A DNA stretch of 64,000 nt from an uncultured bacterium (GCA_963824495.1 CAWGPQ010000008.1:1-64000), one strand, 5' to 3'; counted from the stretch's first letter, positions 1 to 10,046 are shown. A program made the numbers and translations. Notes: a model not told the origin generated them from the sequence alone.

Positions 1-14
1 TATGTTAGCAACTT

Positions 15-28
15 AGTTACGTATTGCT
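15..28 (+). other. Oxford Nanopore ligation adapter remnant (technical sequence)
   Basis: AGTTACGTATTGCT matches the 3' end of the ONT ligation adapter (...GTTCAGTTACGTATTGCT) and sits at the very start of the window. Confidence 0.85.
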
Positions 29-92
29 CCTTTAGTCTTTAGCCTTGTGTCTTTAGTATCTTTAATTGTTAACCTCACTGAACCTACTTCCC

Positions 93-258
93 TTGAACCC
101 AGCCTATAACGAAATCGTTGCCAAAATCAACCAATGGGATCACGAGTATTATATCCTCGACAATCCGACGGTTACTGATGCCGAGTACGATCAGGCATTC
201 AGAAAGCTGCTGGAAATGGAGGCCCGCAAACCCTGAATTAATCTCCCCCGAATCCCCC
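93..258 (+). pseudogene. ligA: N-terminal fragment of NAD-dependent DNA ligase (probably foreign/chimeric)
   Basis: TTG 93 gives MNPAYNEIVAKINQWDHEYYILDNPTVTDAEYDQAFRKLLEMEARK, then PELISPESP after a 1-nt shift; LigA Ia motif YYxxDxPxxxDxEYD. Confidence 0.85.
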
Positions 259-259
259 T

Positions 260-1228
260 GGTGTTCAACGTTGGACCCCTGTGCGACAGTTTAACATGAT
301 GTTCACAACACAGGTAGGTGCTTCAACTGAGCAAAGTCATATAGCTTACTTGCGTCCTGAAACCGCACAAGCAATTTTTATTAACTTTAAAAACGTTATA
401 TCAAGCACGCGTGTTAAAATTCCCTTTGGCATAGCCCAAATTGGCAAAGCCTTTAGAAATGAGATTACCCCTAAGCAATTTCTCTTTCGTATGCGAGAAT
501 TTGAACAAATGGAAGTTGAATGGTTTTGTACGGCTGATCAGGCCCTGAAAGCTTTTGATTTTTGGTGCCAGCAGCGGCAAGCTTTTTATACTACTATTGG
601 CATAAAACCCGAAAATATTCGCTTGCGGCCACATTCACCTGAAGAACGAGCACATTATTCTCAAACTACTTCTGATATTGAATATCAGTTTCCCTTTGGC
701 TGGAAAGAGCTCGAGGGAATAGCGTATCGTGGCAATTTTGATCTCAGTCAGCATGCAAAGTTTTCAGGTAAAGATCTCGCTGTGTATGACGAAGAAACCA
801 AAACTTCGTATATACCTCATGTCGTCGAGTGTTCGGTAGGTGTAGATCGCCTCTTTCTTGCAGCACTCTGCGACGCATATGATGAAGATATAGCTGAAGG
901 TGAAACACGTATTGTACTTCGCCTTCATCCTCTTCTTGCACCTATTAAAGCAGCTTTTTTGCCCCTAACTAAGCAACAAGCAGAGCCTATGGAAAGCATT
1001 TATGCTAATTTTAAGAAAAAAGGCTATGCTGTACACTATGACGCTACTGGTTCTATTGGCAAACGATACCGTCGTCAAGATGAGATTGGGACACCCTATT
1101 GCTTTACGTATGATTTTGAAAGCAGTACTGATAATCGGGTTACACTTCGTCATCGAGATACTATGCAGCAAGAGCGCATTTCTCTTGATGCTATTGGTAC
1201 GTATCTTGAAAAGTTGTGCCACCTATAA
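260..1228 (+). CDS. glyQS: Glycine--tRNA ligase (alpha2 type), 5'-truncated
   Basis: RQFNMMF, YLRPETAQ, GKAFRNEI, FRMREFEQME, GSIGKRYRRQDEIGTP; the N-terminal part is missing. Confidence 0.93.
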   Translation, partial: GVQRWTPVRQFNMMFTTQVGASTEQSHIAYLRPETAQAIFINFKNVISSTRVKIPFGIAQIGKAFRNEITPKQFLFRMREFEQMEVEWFCTADQALKAFDFWCQQRQAFYTTIGIKPENIRLRPHSPEERAHYSQTTSDIEYQFPFGWKELEGIAYRGNFDLSQHAKFSGKDLAVYDEETKTSYIPHVVECSVGVDRLFLAALCDAYDEDIAEGETRIVLRLHPLLAPIKAAFLPLTKQQAEPMESIYANFKKKGYAVHYDATGSIGKRYRRQDEIGTPYCFTYDFESSTDNRVTLRHRDTMQQERISLDAIGTYLEKLCHL

Positions 1229-1242
1229 AGGTTAATTGAACA

Positions 1243-1628
1243 GTAAACAACTGCCCACTAAAAGTGGGAAGCTTTATAGTCAGCTAAAAGAAGCTGCTAC
1301 ATTCGGGAAGTTTACGCTACCCGTTGCAATATCGGCATACGCCCTGTAAGTGTATACAAAGAAATACTACAATCTTTAAACGAAGCTGGATATCGACTTG
1401 AACGTAATAGATGGAATCTTTTGGTCCACGAGCAATGGATAAGACTTTGTAGGCCTTACAAACAGTCCTGATGGCATTACAGGCCATCTGAGATCCAAGC
1501 TGAGTTGCTGTTAGGAGCTATTAGACTAAACATTACATTAGTGTTATAATCTTTAAAATTGCTTTAACCAGGTTTACGCTTTCTCCTCCCCTTACTCAAG
1601 TAAGGGGTTTCTGAAAGCACAATAGTCT
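1243..1628 (+). mobile_element. Non-autonomous IS200/IS605-type element / candidate structured ncRNA
   Basis: 5' GTAAAC plus hairpin CCCACT-AAA-AGTGGG (1254-1268) with partner GTTTAC (1310-1315); 3' hairpin CCCCTTACT-CA-AGTAAGGGG (1588-1607) enclosed by GCTTTC/GAAAGC; many internal hairpins; no ORF of its own in the track. Confidence 0.6.
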
Positions 1629-1636
1629 GTGAGAAA

Positions 1637-2203
1637 ATGAAAAGCATGTATCGCTGGATCGTAAAACACGTTCATAGCCCTTATGCAACACCTATTTTCG
1701 TGGGTCTTGTAATAGTAGAAGCTTTTTTCTTCATGCCTGTTGGAACGCTTTTGGCGATTTACTGTTTAGAAAAACCAGGCAAGATTTTTTATTACGCTAC
1801 GCTGGCAGCTATTGCTTCTACCGTTGGAGCTTTTGGAGCCTATATGCTCGGTTCAGCATTATGGGATGTTATTGGCCATAAGCTCATAGCAACGTATATA
1901 ACAGCAGGTACATTTGAATGGCTCACTGGGTTATACCAAGCTCATTATATACAAACTATACTTCTAGCAGGATTTTTGCCAATACCCTACAAACTTATAA
2001 CGCTGACGGCAGGATTTTGCAAGCTACCCCTTATATCATTTTTAGTATGCACATTAATTGCTCGCTCAGCACGTTTTTATCTTTTAGCGGCAGCACTCTT
2101 TCGATGGGGTGAGCACGTTCAGAAAATTATTGACCGTTACTTCTACCACTTAGTAGCCTTTGGTATAGGTACCGTGTTTATATGCGGCTGGCTTATACAC
2201 TAG
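1637..2203 (+). CDS. YqaA/DedA (VTT domain) membrane protein
   Basis: EAFFFMP, AGFLPIPYKLITLTAG, RSARFY motifs; multiple TM segments. Confidence 0.85.
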   Translation: MKSMYRWIVKHVHSPYATPIFVGLVIVEAFFFMPVGTLLAIYCLEKPGKIFYYATLAAIASTVGAFGAYMLGSALWDVIGHKLIATYITAGTFEWLTGLYQAHYIQTILLAGFLPIPYKLITLTAGFCKLPLISFLVCTLIARSARFYLLAAALFRWGEHVQKIIDRYFYHLVAFGIGTVFICGWLIH

Positions 2204-2222
2204 CTTGTGACTGGAAGCATGT

Positions 2223-3578
2223 ATGTTATCTCATATGCGCAAAAGTATACTTCTTTCCCCTTGGCGTATGATTCTTCTTTCGGTACTTTTTACCATAGCT
2301 GCAGGAACACTCATGCTATCATTGCCACAGGCTCAACGACAGCCGCTTTCATTTCTTGATATTCTCTTCACAGCTGCATCAGCTACCTGTGTTACAGGAC
2401 TTTTAACAATACCACTCGATTCATTTACCGACTTTGGACATGCTATTATTATGTGCTTGATACAAATAGGCGGTCTAGGTTTGATTACCTTAACAGTCTT
2501 CTTTATGTCGTTTTTTGTTAATTTGGGTCTAGGCACTCAGCTCATGGCAGGACAAGTGCTTGAACTTGGAAACTGGAAAAACGCTCAACGTATCATAACA
2601 TTTATTATCAAATTTACAGCGTTGGCAGAATTGATAGGAACGCTTATTATTTTTTGCATGATAACCAATTCCACGTATTCACCACTCAAGCGGTTATTTT
2701 TAGCACTCTTTCACACGATCGGGTCGTTTAATTGTGCTGGACTAACACTTTTAGATCCTGCAGCTCCTGGATCTATGGTAGCATTTAAGAATCACCCTGC
2801 CTTCTTAAGTATTACCGGCATACTTGTTCTTATTGGTGGACTTGGATTTATCACCTGGCGCGAGATTATATATTACGCAACAGCCGGCGCTATGAGAAAG
2901 CGGTTCCACTTCTCTTTACATAGCAAACTGGTTCTGTCAGGAACGCTATGGCTTACTCTAGTGTCAAGCATATTATTTTGGCTTTTAGAGCATAGGCGAA
3001 GCTTTTTTGATCTATCAGCATATTCAGTTATGATTAATACTATTTTTAATGCCCTCTGTCTGCGTAGTGCCGGATTTACAACGTTTACGCTTTCGGAAGT
3101 GCATCTGGCAACCTTGCTTGTAATACTCATTATTGCTTTTATTGGATCATCTCCCGGATCGACAGGAAGTGGCATAAAGATAACAACCGCTGCTATTTTT
3201 CTTTCAACGATTAAAGCCGTTATTACTGGTAGGACAACCGTTGAGATGAAAGGCCGTCGCATAGCTAACGATCAAGTTCTTAAGTCAATTGCTATAGTAT
3301 CACTCGGGCTCGCGTGGATCACACTTCTCATATTCTTTCTTTTACTCACAGAGCCACAGGCACGCTTTATTGACGTTATGTTTGAATCATTTTCTGCTTT
3401 TACTAATCTTGGGCTCTCACTCGGTCTTACACCTCATTTGTCAAGCTTAGGCAAGCTTTTAATTATCTTGAGTATGATTATTGGTCGTATTGGAACATTA
3501 ACGTTTGTTCTGGCTTTCAAAAAGCGTTCAGAGAAAGCAGAATTCAATTATCCCGAAGAACGCGTCATGATTAGCTAA
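2223..3578 (+). CDS. ktrB: Ktr/Trk potassium uptake membrane subunit
   Basis: TAASATCVTGL, IQIGGLG, RSAGF, IGSSPGSTGSGIK, MIIGRIG, YPEERVMI. Confidence 0.93.
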   Translation: MLSHMRKSILLSPWRMILLSVLFTIAAGTLMLSLPQAQRQPLSFLDILFTAASATCVTGLLTIPLDSFTDFGHAIIMCLIQIGGLGLITLTVFFMSFFVNLGLGTQLMAGQVLELGNWKNAQRIITFIIKFTALAELIGTLIIFCMITNSTYSPLKRLFLALFHTIGSFNCAGLTLLDPAAPGSMVAFKNHPAFLSITGILVLIGGLGFITWREIIYYATAGAMRKRFHFSLHSKLVLSGTLWLTLVSSILFWLLEHRRSFFDLSAYSVMINTIFNALCLRSAGFTTFTLSEVHLATLLVILIIAFIGSSPGSTGSGIKITTAAIFLSTIKAVITGRTTVEMKGRRIANDQVLKSIAIVSLGLAWITLLIFFLLLTEPQARFIDVMFESFSAFTNLGLSLGLTPHLSSLGKLLIILSMIIGRIGTLTFVLAFKKRSEKAEFNYPEERVMIS

Positions 3579-3591
3579 CTAGGATCAGCAT

Positions 3592-4233
3592 ATGAAATTT
3601 TGTGTTATCGGCGTGGGCCGCTTTGGCTACTATGTAGCAACAACGCTTGCGGACAACGGTATGGATGTAATCGCTGTAGATAGCAATGAATCTATTATTG
3701 CATCTATACGTGATAAAGTAACACAAGCAATTTGTATGCGCGTAACTGATGAAGCATCACTACGCAGCATAGGCGTTGAAGAAATGGATACCGTTATTGT
3801 CGCTATGGGAGAGAATTTTGCGCAGTCTATTCTTGTCACAGCACTTCTCAAGCAACGTCTTGTAGTACCCCGTGTTATCACGCGCTCTATTAGTGATATA
3901 CATAAAGAAATACTTACGCTTATAGGGGCAGATCAGGTAGTGCTTCCAGAACGAGAAATGGGTATTCGTCTTGCCGATAGACTAAGTCTACCCTTTAATG
4001 CATTAGCAAGAATTACGCTCAATTTTTCTATAAGTCAGCTACCAACACCACGCCGCTGGATCGGCAAAACACCCGATGAGCTCGATATCCAGGAGCACTA
4101 TCATGTTACGTGTATAGGTCGCAAAGTTCAGGAAGAAATTGAACCCCTTGAGCACGATAGGCTTCTTGAAGAAAATGATATCTTGCTTATCTCAGGTACT
4201 AATAGAGATCTTGAGAAAATCGCTCGGCTTTAA
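3592..4233 (+). CDS. ktrA: Ktr/Trk potassium uptake RCK subunit
   Basis: VIGVGRFG Rossmann motif, IGADQVVLPEREMG, TrkA_C domain; follows ktrB. Confidence 0.93.
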   Translation: MKFCVIGVGRFGYYVATTLADNGMDVIAVDSNESIIASIRDKVTQAICMRVTDEASLRSIGVEEMDTVIVAMGENFAQSILVTALLKQRLVVPRVITRSISDIHKEILTLIGADQVVLPEREMGIRLADRLSLPFNALARITLNFSISQLPTPRRWIGKTPDELDIQEHYHVTCIGRKVQEEIEPLEHDRLLEENDILLISGTNRDLEKIARL

Positions 4234-4295
4234 CAGGTACAGCAGATAGTAAGATAACGCTTATATAGGTATACATCAAGCTTAATCAGAGTCTA

Positions 4296-5012
4296 TTCTT
4301 CAAGGATGCCCAAAGGTATATGTAGGTAAAGAAGAAAAGTGTAAAAGATTTATAGAATCGGTGTTTTGGATGGCAAGAACGGGAGCCCAATGGAGAGAGT
4401 TGCCAGATGCGTATGGTAAGTGGAACAGTGTATTTAAAAGGTTTAATGAATGGAGCAAGAATCAAGTTTGGGATGACTTGCTTAAATTTTGTGCTCAAGA
4501 TCCGGATTTGGAGTACATAATAATTGATGCAACAATATTACGAGCACATGCATGCGCTGCCGGCTATGGAGATCAAGAGACAGAAGGGCTAGGCCGCAGC
4601 AAGGGCGGCTTTAGCTGCAAACTTCATGTAAAGGTTGACGCTTTGGGTAATCTCTTACAACTCATTATTACAGCTGGCCAACGCAACCATATTACCCAAG
4701 CAGACGCTCTCCTAAAAGATGTTGCTGGTTCTTATGTAATAGCAGATAAGGGTTACGATTCAAATGAGCTCCGATCAAAGCTCATCCAGCAAGGTTGTCA
4801 ATCAGTTATACCCTCAAGATCCACTACTAAAACTCCTTGCAAATATGATAAATATATTTACAAAGAACGTCATGTTGTTGGATGCTTTTTTTTCTAAAAT
4901 AAAATACTTCAGGCGAGTCTTCTCACGCTTTGACAAATCAGCTCGTAACTTTGCTGCTTTTGTTGTTTTTGTCGGGGCTTTCATGTGGCTACGATAAAAA
5001 CTCAACAGAGCC
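4296..5012 (+). mobile_element. IS5-family element, 5'-truncated copy with frameshifted transposase
   Basis: RTGAQWRELP, IIDAT, GRSKGG, ADKGYDS, YKERH; right IR AAAACTCAACAGAGCC then TA; near-identical to 16837-17625 but lacks the left end; T8 at 4886-4893 versus T7 in the other copy. Confidence 0.92.
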
Positions 5013-5172
5013 TAAAAAGAAAAAGCTTACCATAAAGCTTGCCTTCACAGAACTCCTATAGTGTGAGCACTATACTATAGAGCTCATAGACCATACTCAA
5101 ATTGTCAATATCTTTTAAAATAATACGAGGGTATAGGTCAACCATCACCTATAGCTTAAGTTTGAAGAATTT

Positions 5173-5247
5173 TTACTGCGCACCGAAAAGCGCCGTAATC
5201 GTGAAGGATATCGTAAGAATTATGCTCAGTAGTTTAGTATAGTTCAC
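5173..5247 (-). pseudogene. Signal-peptide-only remnant ORF (24 aa)
   Basis: GTG start gives MNYTKLLSIILTISFTITALFGAQ*. Confidence 0.35.
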
Positions 5248-5472
5248 GTCGGACTTTCTTATTTCAAATCGCTCTATTTCTCAGTGTAGTGTTATTTTAA
5301 CTTATACTATAATATTAAATCAAGCATCAAAATAAAACTATTATTTTAAATAAATTTATTTTCAAAGTGTTGTATGCTTCTTTTAAGTAGGGCATAAATT
5401 CATGCTATACTTAAAAATAAAGTGCTACTAAAAACTTCTGTTTTCGAATGCCCTTAATATTTGAGTACCTGC

Positions 5473-7890
5473 ATGAAATTTATCAAATTCTTTAATCAGA
5501 TTACACTTGCGGACCTACCCCAAGTTGGTGGCAAAAATGCTTCCCTTGGACAAATGACTCAAGCTCTTACTCAGCGTGGTATACGTATACCCAATGGATT
5601 TGCCATAACTGCTGATGCTTATTGGGAACACATCAAGCGCAATAATCTTATTGCTCATATGCGTGAGCTTTTTGGGCAACTTTCAGAAAAACAAGATTTA
5701 CCAACACTTGAGCAGGTTGGCTCAGCACTGCGAGCCATGATTACTGAAGCACCACTTCCTCATGATATAGCCAAGGAAATAACAGAAGCGTATATATATC
5801 TATGCCATGAGTATCGCCAAGAGCAGTGTGATGTGGCAATACGATCTTCCGCAACGGCAGAAGATCTGCCAACTGCTTCGTTTGCTGGGCAACTTGAAAC
5901 ATTTTTACATATCGAGGGAATTGAGCAGGTACTTATTGCCTATAAAAAGTGCATAGCATCACTTTTTACTGATCGTGCTATTATTTATCGACAAGAGCAT
6001 AACTTTGACCACTTTACTGTTGCTGTATCAGTGGGGATACAGAAAATGGTACATTCCGACACAGGTAGCTCGGGTGTTGCTTTTTCGCTTGACCCTGATA
6101 CAGGGTTTAAAGATGTTGTTGTCATTAATTCAAGCTATGGGCTGGGGGAAACAATTGTTCAAGGCATAGTTAACCCTGACGAATTTTACGTATACAAGCT
6201 AACACTTGCTCAGGGGTTTAAGCCCATTATAAAAAAACAACTCGGAAGCAAAACAGTCAAGCTTGTGTATGCAGGTAGCAACTCGGGTGCGCTTATTCAA
6301 GAGCCCGTAGTAGTGGAGTCGCAACTTAAGTTTTCATTAACTGACACCGAGATTCTTGAGTTGGCTCGGCAAGTTACGCTTATAGAAGACTATTATACAG
6401 GACTTAAGGGTCGCTGGTCACCGATGGATATTGAGTGGGCTCTTGACGGTCAGGACGGATTACTCTATATCGTACAGGCTCGGCCAGAAACTATTTATGG
6501 AGCTCGCGCTGAAAAACAAGAGCACGTAGGTATATATTATAAACTTGAAGACGCTCGCAAGCCTAAGCCTAAACCTATCGTTACCGGTAGCAGTATCGGT
6601 AGAAAGATAGCTCAGGGGATAGCGCGCAAAGCCCAATCCATCCATGATATTGAAGTATTTAATGAGGGTGATATTTTAATTACCTCTATGACTAATCCCG
6701 ACTGGGTTCCCATCATGAAAAAAGCAGGTGGTATTGTTACTGACAGGGGAGGAAGGACAAGTCATGCTGCAATTGTAAGCCGGGAATTGGGCGTGCCTGC
6801 GCTCGTTGGTACTGAAGATGCAACAGCCCGTATTGCCAATGGACAAAAAATTACGCTTGATTGTAGCCAAGGTTCACTTGGTGCTGTTTATGATGGCTTT
6901 ATATCTTTTACGAAACAGAGCGTGACCATTGAGCAATTACCAGCATCACCGGTACAACTTATGATGAATCTTGCAGATCCAGCACGTGCTTTTGAATTAT
7001 CAGAATTACCTGTTGATGGCGTAGGTTTAGCACGTTTGGAGTTTATTATTGCGTCATCGCTGAAAATACACCCCTTGGCTGTATGTAACACACAAGCAGT
7101 TCGTGACCCTGCGATAATTTCCTCTATTAACACGCGTGCTGAAGCATATAATAATAATCCAGAGGAATTCTATAGTAATGTGCTTGCTCAAGCGGTTGGT
7201 ATGATTGCTGCTGCTTTTTATCCACGGCTAGTTATTGTTCGGTTAACTGACTTTAAAAGTAATGAATATCGTAATTTATTAGGTGGTGAATTTTTTGAGC
7301 ATTACGAAGAAAACCCCATGCTTGGCTTTCGTGGTGCACTACGCTATACCAATAAGCAGTATGCTCCGGCCTTTGCTCTTGAATGTCAAGCCCTTAAAAA
7401 AGTACGTGATGATATGGGGTTTACCAATGTGGCAATTATGATCCCCTTTGTTCGCACTATTCAGGAAGCTCAGGATACTATTCAAGCACTTCAGCAGCAC
7501 GGGCTTAAGCGGCACGTCTCTAACCTTACGTTGTTTATGATGGTTGAACTACCTGCTAATGTACTCTTACTAGAAGATTTTTGCCCATTATTTGACGGTT
7601 TTTCTATTGGCTCTAATGATTTAACACAGCTAACATTAGGTATTGACCGTGATGCAGGATTACAGGGCTATCTCTTAGACGAGCGCAATCCAGCGGTAAA
7701 GAAAATGCTTAAGCTTGCTTTAGAGGCAGCACAGAGGTGTGACCGGTATATAAGTATTTGCGGTGAAGCACCATCAGATTTTCCGGAACTTGCTCAATTT
7801 CTTATTGATCATGGTATTAATGCGCTCTCGCTTAATGCTGATGTAATTATTCCTTTTTTGCTTGCTCAAGAAAAAACCAATAATATATAG
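5473..7890 (+). CDS. ppsA: Phosphoenolpyruvate synthase
   Basis: VGGKNASLG, RSSATAEDLP, DIEWA, QARPET, GGRTSHAAIVSRELG, GFSIGSNDLTQ; ATG 5473 preferred over TTG 5461. Confidence 0.96.
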   Translation: MKFIKFFNQITLADLPQVGGKNASLGQMTQALTQRGIRIPNGFAITADAYWEHIKRNNLIAHMRELFGQLSEKQDLPTLEQVGSALRAMITEAPLPHDIAKEITEAYIYLCHEYRQEQCDVAIRSSATAEDLPTASFAGQLETFLHIEGIEQVLIAYKKCIASLFTDRAIIYRQEHNFDHFTVAVSVGIQKMVHSDTGSSGVAFSLDPDTGFKDVVVINSSYGLGETIVQGIVNPDEFYVYKLTLAQGFKPIIKKQLGSKTVKLVYAGSNSGALIQEPVVVESQLKFSLTDTEILELARQVTLIEDYYTGLKGRWSPMDIEWALDGQDGLLYIVQARPETIYGARAEKQEHVGIYYKLEDARKPKPKPIVTGSSIGRKIAQGIARKAQSIHDIEVFNEGDILITSMTNPDWVPIMKKAGGIVTDRGGRTSHAAIVSRELGVPALVGTEDATARIANGQKITLDCSQGSLGAVYDGFISFTKQSVTIEQLPASPVQLMMNLADPARAFELSELPVDGVGLARLEFIIASSLKIHPLAVCNTQAVRDPAIISSINTRAEAYNNNPEEFYSNVLAQAVGMIAAAFYPRLVIVRLTDFKSNEYRNLLGGEFFEHYEENPMLGFRGALRYTNKQYAPAFALECQALKKVRDDMGFTNVAIMIPFVRTIQEAQDTIQALQQHGLKRHVSNLTLFMMVELPANVLLLEDFCPLFDGFSIGSNDLTQLTLGIDRDAGLQGYLLDERNPAVKKMLKLALEAAQRCDRYISICGEAPSDFPELAQFLIDHGINALSLNADVIIPFLLAQEKTNNI

Positions 7891-7921
7891 AGACAATTTG
7901 TATACATGCAGTGCTCGTGCA

Positions 7922-7953
7922 TGATAAGCTCATGATAAGCTCGTGATAAGCTC
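7922..7953. repeat. 11-bp tandem repeat x3
   Basis: TGATAAGCTCA-TGATAAGCTCG-TGATAAGCTC. Confidence 0.8.
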
Positions 7954-7995
7954 CTGAATAATAACTGCGTAGTCGAAAGAAATATAGATAGTAAG

Positions 7996-8166
7996 ATGAA
8001 CACAGGCAAAATAATACTTGGCGTTGGGATTCTTGTACTTATAGTGCCACTCAATCTTATTTTAGGCAGCTTAGCTCTTGGTGCAGTGGGCATGCCGGTC
8101 TTGCTGGTGGTAGCCCTCGTTCTTATTCTTGCTGGCATAAAACTCATAGTTGATGGCGCAACCTAA
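7996..8166 (+). CDS. Small two-TM membrane protein (56 aa), not in the ORF track
   Basis: MNTGKIILGVGILVLIVPLNLILGSLALGAVGMPVLLVVALVLILAGIKLIVDGAT*; its stop overlaps the pheS stop. Confidence 0.7.
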   Translation: MNTGKIILGVGILVLIVPLNLILGSLALGAVGMPVLLVVALVLILAGIKLIVDGAT

Positions 8167-9209
8167 AATTGCTTCAAAAAATCAATTTTACCACTGTGCA
8201 ATAAACGAATATCATTGATGCCATATATGAGCATGACAATCCTATCCAAGCCAAAGCCCCAAGCAAAGCCACTATAGGTATCGGGATCGATACCGCACGA
8301 GCTTAGAACACGGGGATGAACAAGCCCTGCTCCGCCCAATTCAAGCCATCCGGTTCGTTTACATACAGAACACCCACTTTTGCAAAAAATACATGAGATA
8401 TCAACTTCTATTCCAGGTTCAACAAACGGAAAATAGCTTGATCTGACGCGGATATCAAGATTTTTTCGTTCAAAGAGAGCTTGGACAAAAGTTTTGATAG
8501 TTGCTAATAAGTTACCCATTGAAATGTCTTTATCAACGAGTAATCCTTCGCATTGCATAAACATAAAGTCATGCGTGGCATCAGTTGCTTCATTGCGAAA
8601 AGCACGGGCAATGGTAGCAATAGCAAGCGGAGGCTTGCGCTGTTGCATAGTGCGTATTTGAACATTCGATGTATGAGTACGCAAAAGCATATGCGGAAGC
8701 TTGAGCCAGAATGTATCGTGTACTTCGCGTGCTGGATGTGTTTCAGGTATATTCAAAGCTTCAAAATTATAAAAATCAGTTTCGACTTCTGGTCCATCAA
8801 CCATTTCAAAGCCCATCGACATAAGAACATTTTCAAGCTGTTCAGCTATAGAGGTTATTGGGTGTATGCTTCCTGAAGGATAGCTAGGAAGATATGCAGT
8901 AACATCAAAATGTGCTTGTTGCTCATGCTGAAGCTTGATTTTTTCTTGTCCAAACTGTTGTTGTTTTGCTTCAAAGGCAGCAAGCGCGTCATGCTTAAGC
9001 TGATTAAGCTTGGGTCCCCAGATGCGCTTGTCTTCAGGCGAAAGGGTTTTTAGCAAGCTCATAAGCTCCGTTAACGTGCCATTGCGACTTAGGTATGTTA
9101 GGCGGACTTGTTCAAGCTCTTGTTCTTGTGTAGCCTTTTCAAGTGCAGAGAAATAATCACGGGTAAATGTTGCTAATGCTTTTTCTAGGGTGTTCTGTAG
9201 GTTTGCCAT
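8163..9209 (-). CDS. pheS: Phenylalanine--tRNA ligase alpha subunit
   Basis: NFEALNIPETHPAR, LLRTHTS, YFPFVEPG, GWLELGGAG, GFAWGFGLDR. Confidence 0.97.
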   Translation of the reverse strand: MANLQNTLEKALATFTRDYFSALEKATQEQELEQVRLTYLSRNGTLTELMSLLKTLSPEDKRIWGPKLNQLKHDALAAFEAKQQQFGQEKIKLQHEQQAHFDVTAYLPSYPSGSIHPITSIAEQLENVLMSMGFEMVDGPEVETDFYNFEALNIPETHPAREVHDTFWLKLPHMLLRTHTSNVQIRTMQQRKPPLAIATIARAFRNEATDATHDFMFMQCEGLLVDKDISMGNLLATIKTFVQALFERKNLDIRVRSSYFPFVEPGIEVDISCIFCKSGCSVCKRTGWLELGGAGLVHPRVLSSCGIDPDTYSGFAWGFGLDRIVMLIYGINDIRLLHSGKIDFLKQF

Positions 9210-9385
9210 GGTCTCTAAAAATACTGGTGATAATATATTATTAATTAAAGCTTAGCAAAGGGTAGAGATATTGGCAATCAACAGCAAATCGACAATACAC
9301 CTTTTTCTATTGACAATAGTTGAGATATATTATTATATCTATTTTTATTATAATATTAATTAAGTTTAACAAAGGAAAGTTCGTC

Positions 9386-9922
9386 ATGTACAGCAAGTTA
9401 CGTTACGCCTTACTTTCACTGCTCATGATATCTGCGGGAGCATTAGCACCGCCAGAAAAAAGCTATAAGAATCTTCTTAGTGATTGGTATATATATAGCG
9501 TCAGCCATCTGTCTGACCGTGAAAAAAACCTTCTTGCCCAGTATCTTTATTACAGTGTGCTTCAAGAAGAAGCTGCTGAAGCTTCACGTCGCTATAAGAC
9601 CAGCGTAGAGTTTAAGCAAGGTGCAACGCCCACTCAAGTATTTTTTGCACTTGAAGCAGTTCTTGATGGTATTCATCGTGGCAAAAATACAAGTGCTGAT
9701 CTCCGCTGGGCTATAGATTTTGTAACAAATTACCTAGCTCATTTTATCAGACTGCATGCTTCTTCGCTCACCCCTTATGAGCTGTATGGGTATATTCGTA
9801 CTATACTCTTAAGATTTTATAAAACGCTCTACCCACATCTTAACGACACCTCTATTACAATCTTTTCAGTCTCTGAAACTATGTATTTGCCCAATCCACA
9901 GGAAAACCCGAGGGCAGCTTAG
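9386..9922 (+). CDS. Hypothetical secreted helical protein (distant relative of 17920/20848 family)
   Basis: ATG 9386 after AAGGA; signal peptide MYSKLRYALLSLLMISAGALA; WYxxxVSxLS and LRFYKTLYPHL motifs. Confidence 0.7.
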   Translation: MYSKLRYALLSLLMISAGALAPPEKSYKNLLSDWYIYSVSHLSDREKNLLAQYLYYSVLQEEAAEASRRYKTSVEFKQGATPTQVFFALEAVLDGIHRGKNTSADLRWAIDFVTNYLAHFIRLHASSLTPYELYGYIRTILLRFYKTLYPHLNDTSITIFSVSETMYLPNPQENPRAA

Positions 9923-9932
9923 CTATATATTC

Positions 9933-9962
9933 TTTTCTATTGTTTTCTATTGTTTTCTATTG
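9933..9962. repeat. 10-bp tandem repeat x3
   Basis: TTTTCTATTG x3, ending in the TTGACA box. Confidence 0.8.
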
Positions 9963-9987
9963 ACAAAAACCCTCAATATGGTACTCT
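9960..9987 (+). promoter_or_regulatory. Putative sigma70 promoter for tRNA-Phe
   Basis: TTGACA-16 nt-TACTCT with an extended -10 TG, about 60 bp upstream of the tRNA. Confidence 0.45.
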
Positions 9988-10046
9988 AGCTATAGCTTTA
10001 AAATATCTTAAAAAATATCTTAGCTATTTCTATTGTTATTCATAAT

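Noticed and set aside
93..1228. Genuine LigA-GlyRS fusion
   Set aside because: Frameshifted, both parts are truncated, and it lies next to an adapter remnant; a chimera is more parsimonious
1243..1628. Group I intron (IStron)
   Set aside because: AGACTA (~1522) and TAGTCT (~1623) only weakly resemble R/S and no convincing P/Q elements were seen; needs a covariance search
4886..4893. Programmed frameshift in the IS5 transposase
   Set aside because: The second copy has T7 and reads CFFSK without a shift at this point, so this is a mutation or error
7866..8147. Minus-strand 93-aa ORF
   Set aside because: Antisense shadow of the small membrane protein at 7996-8166
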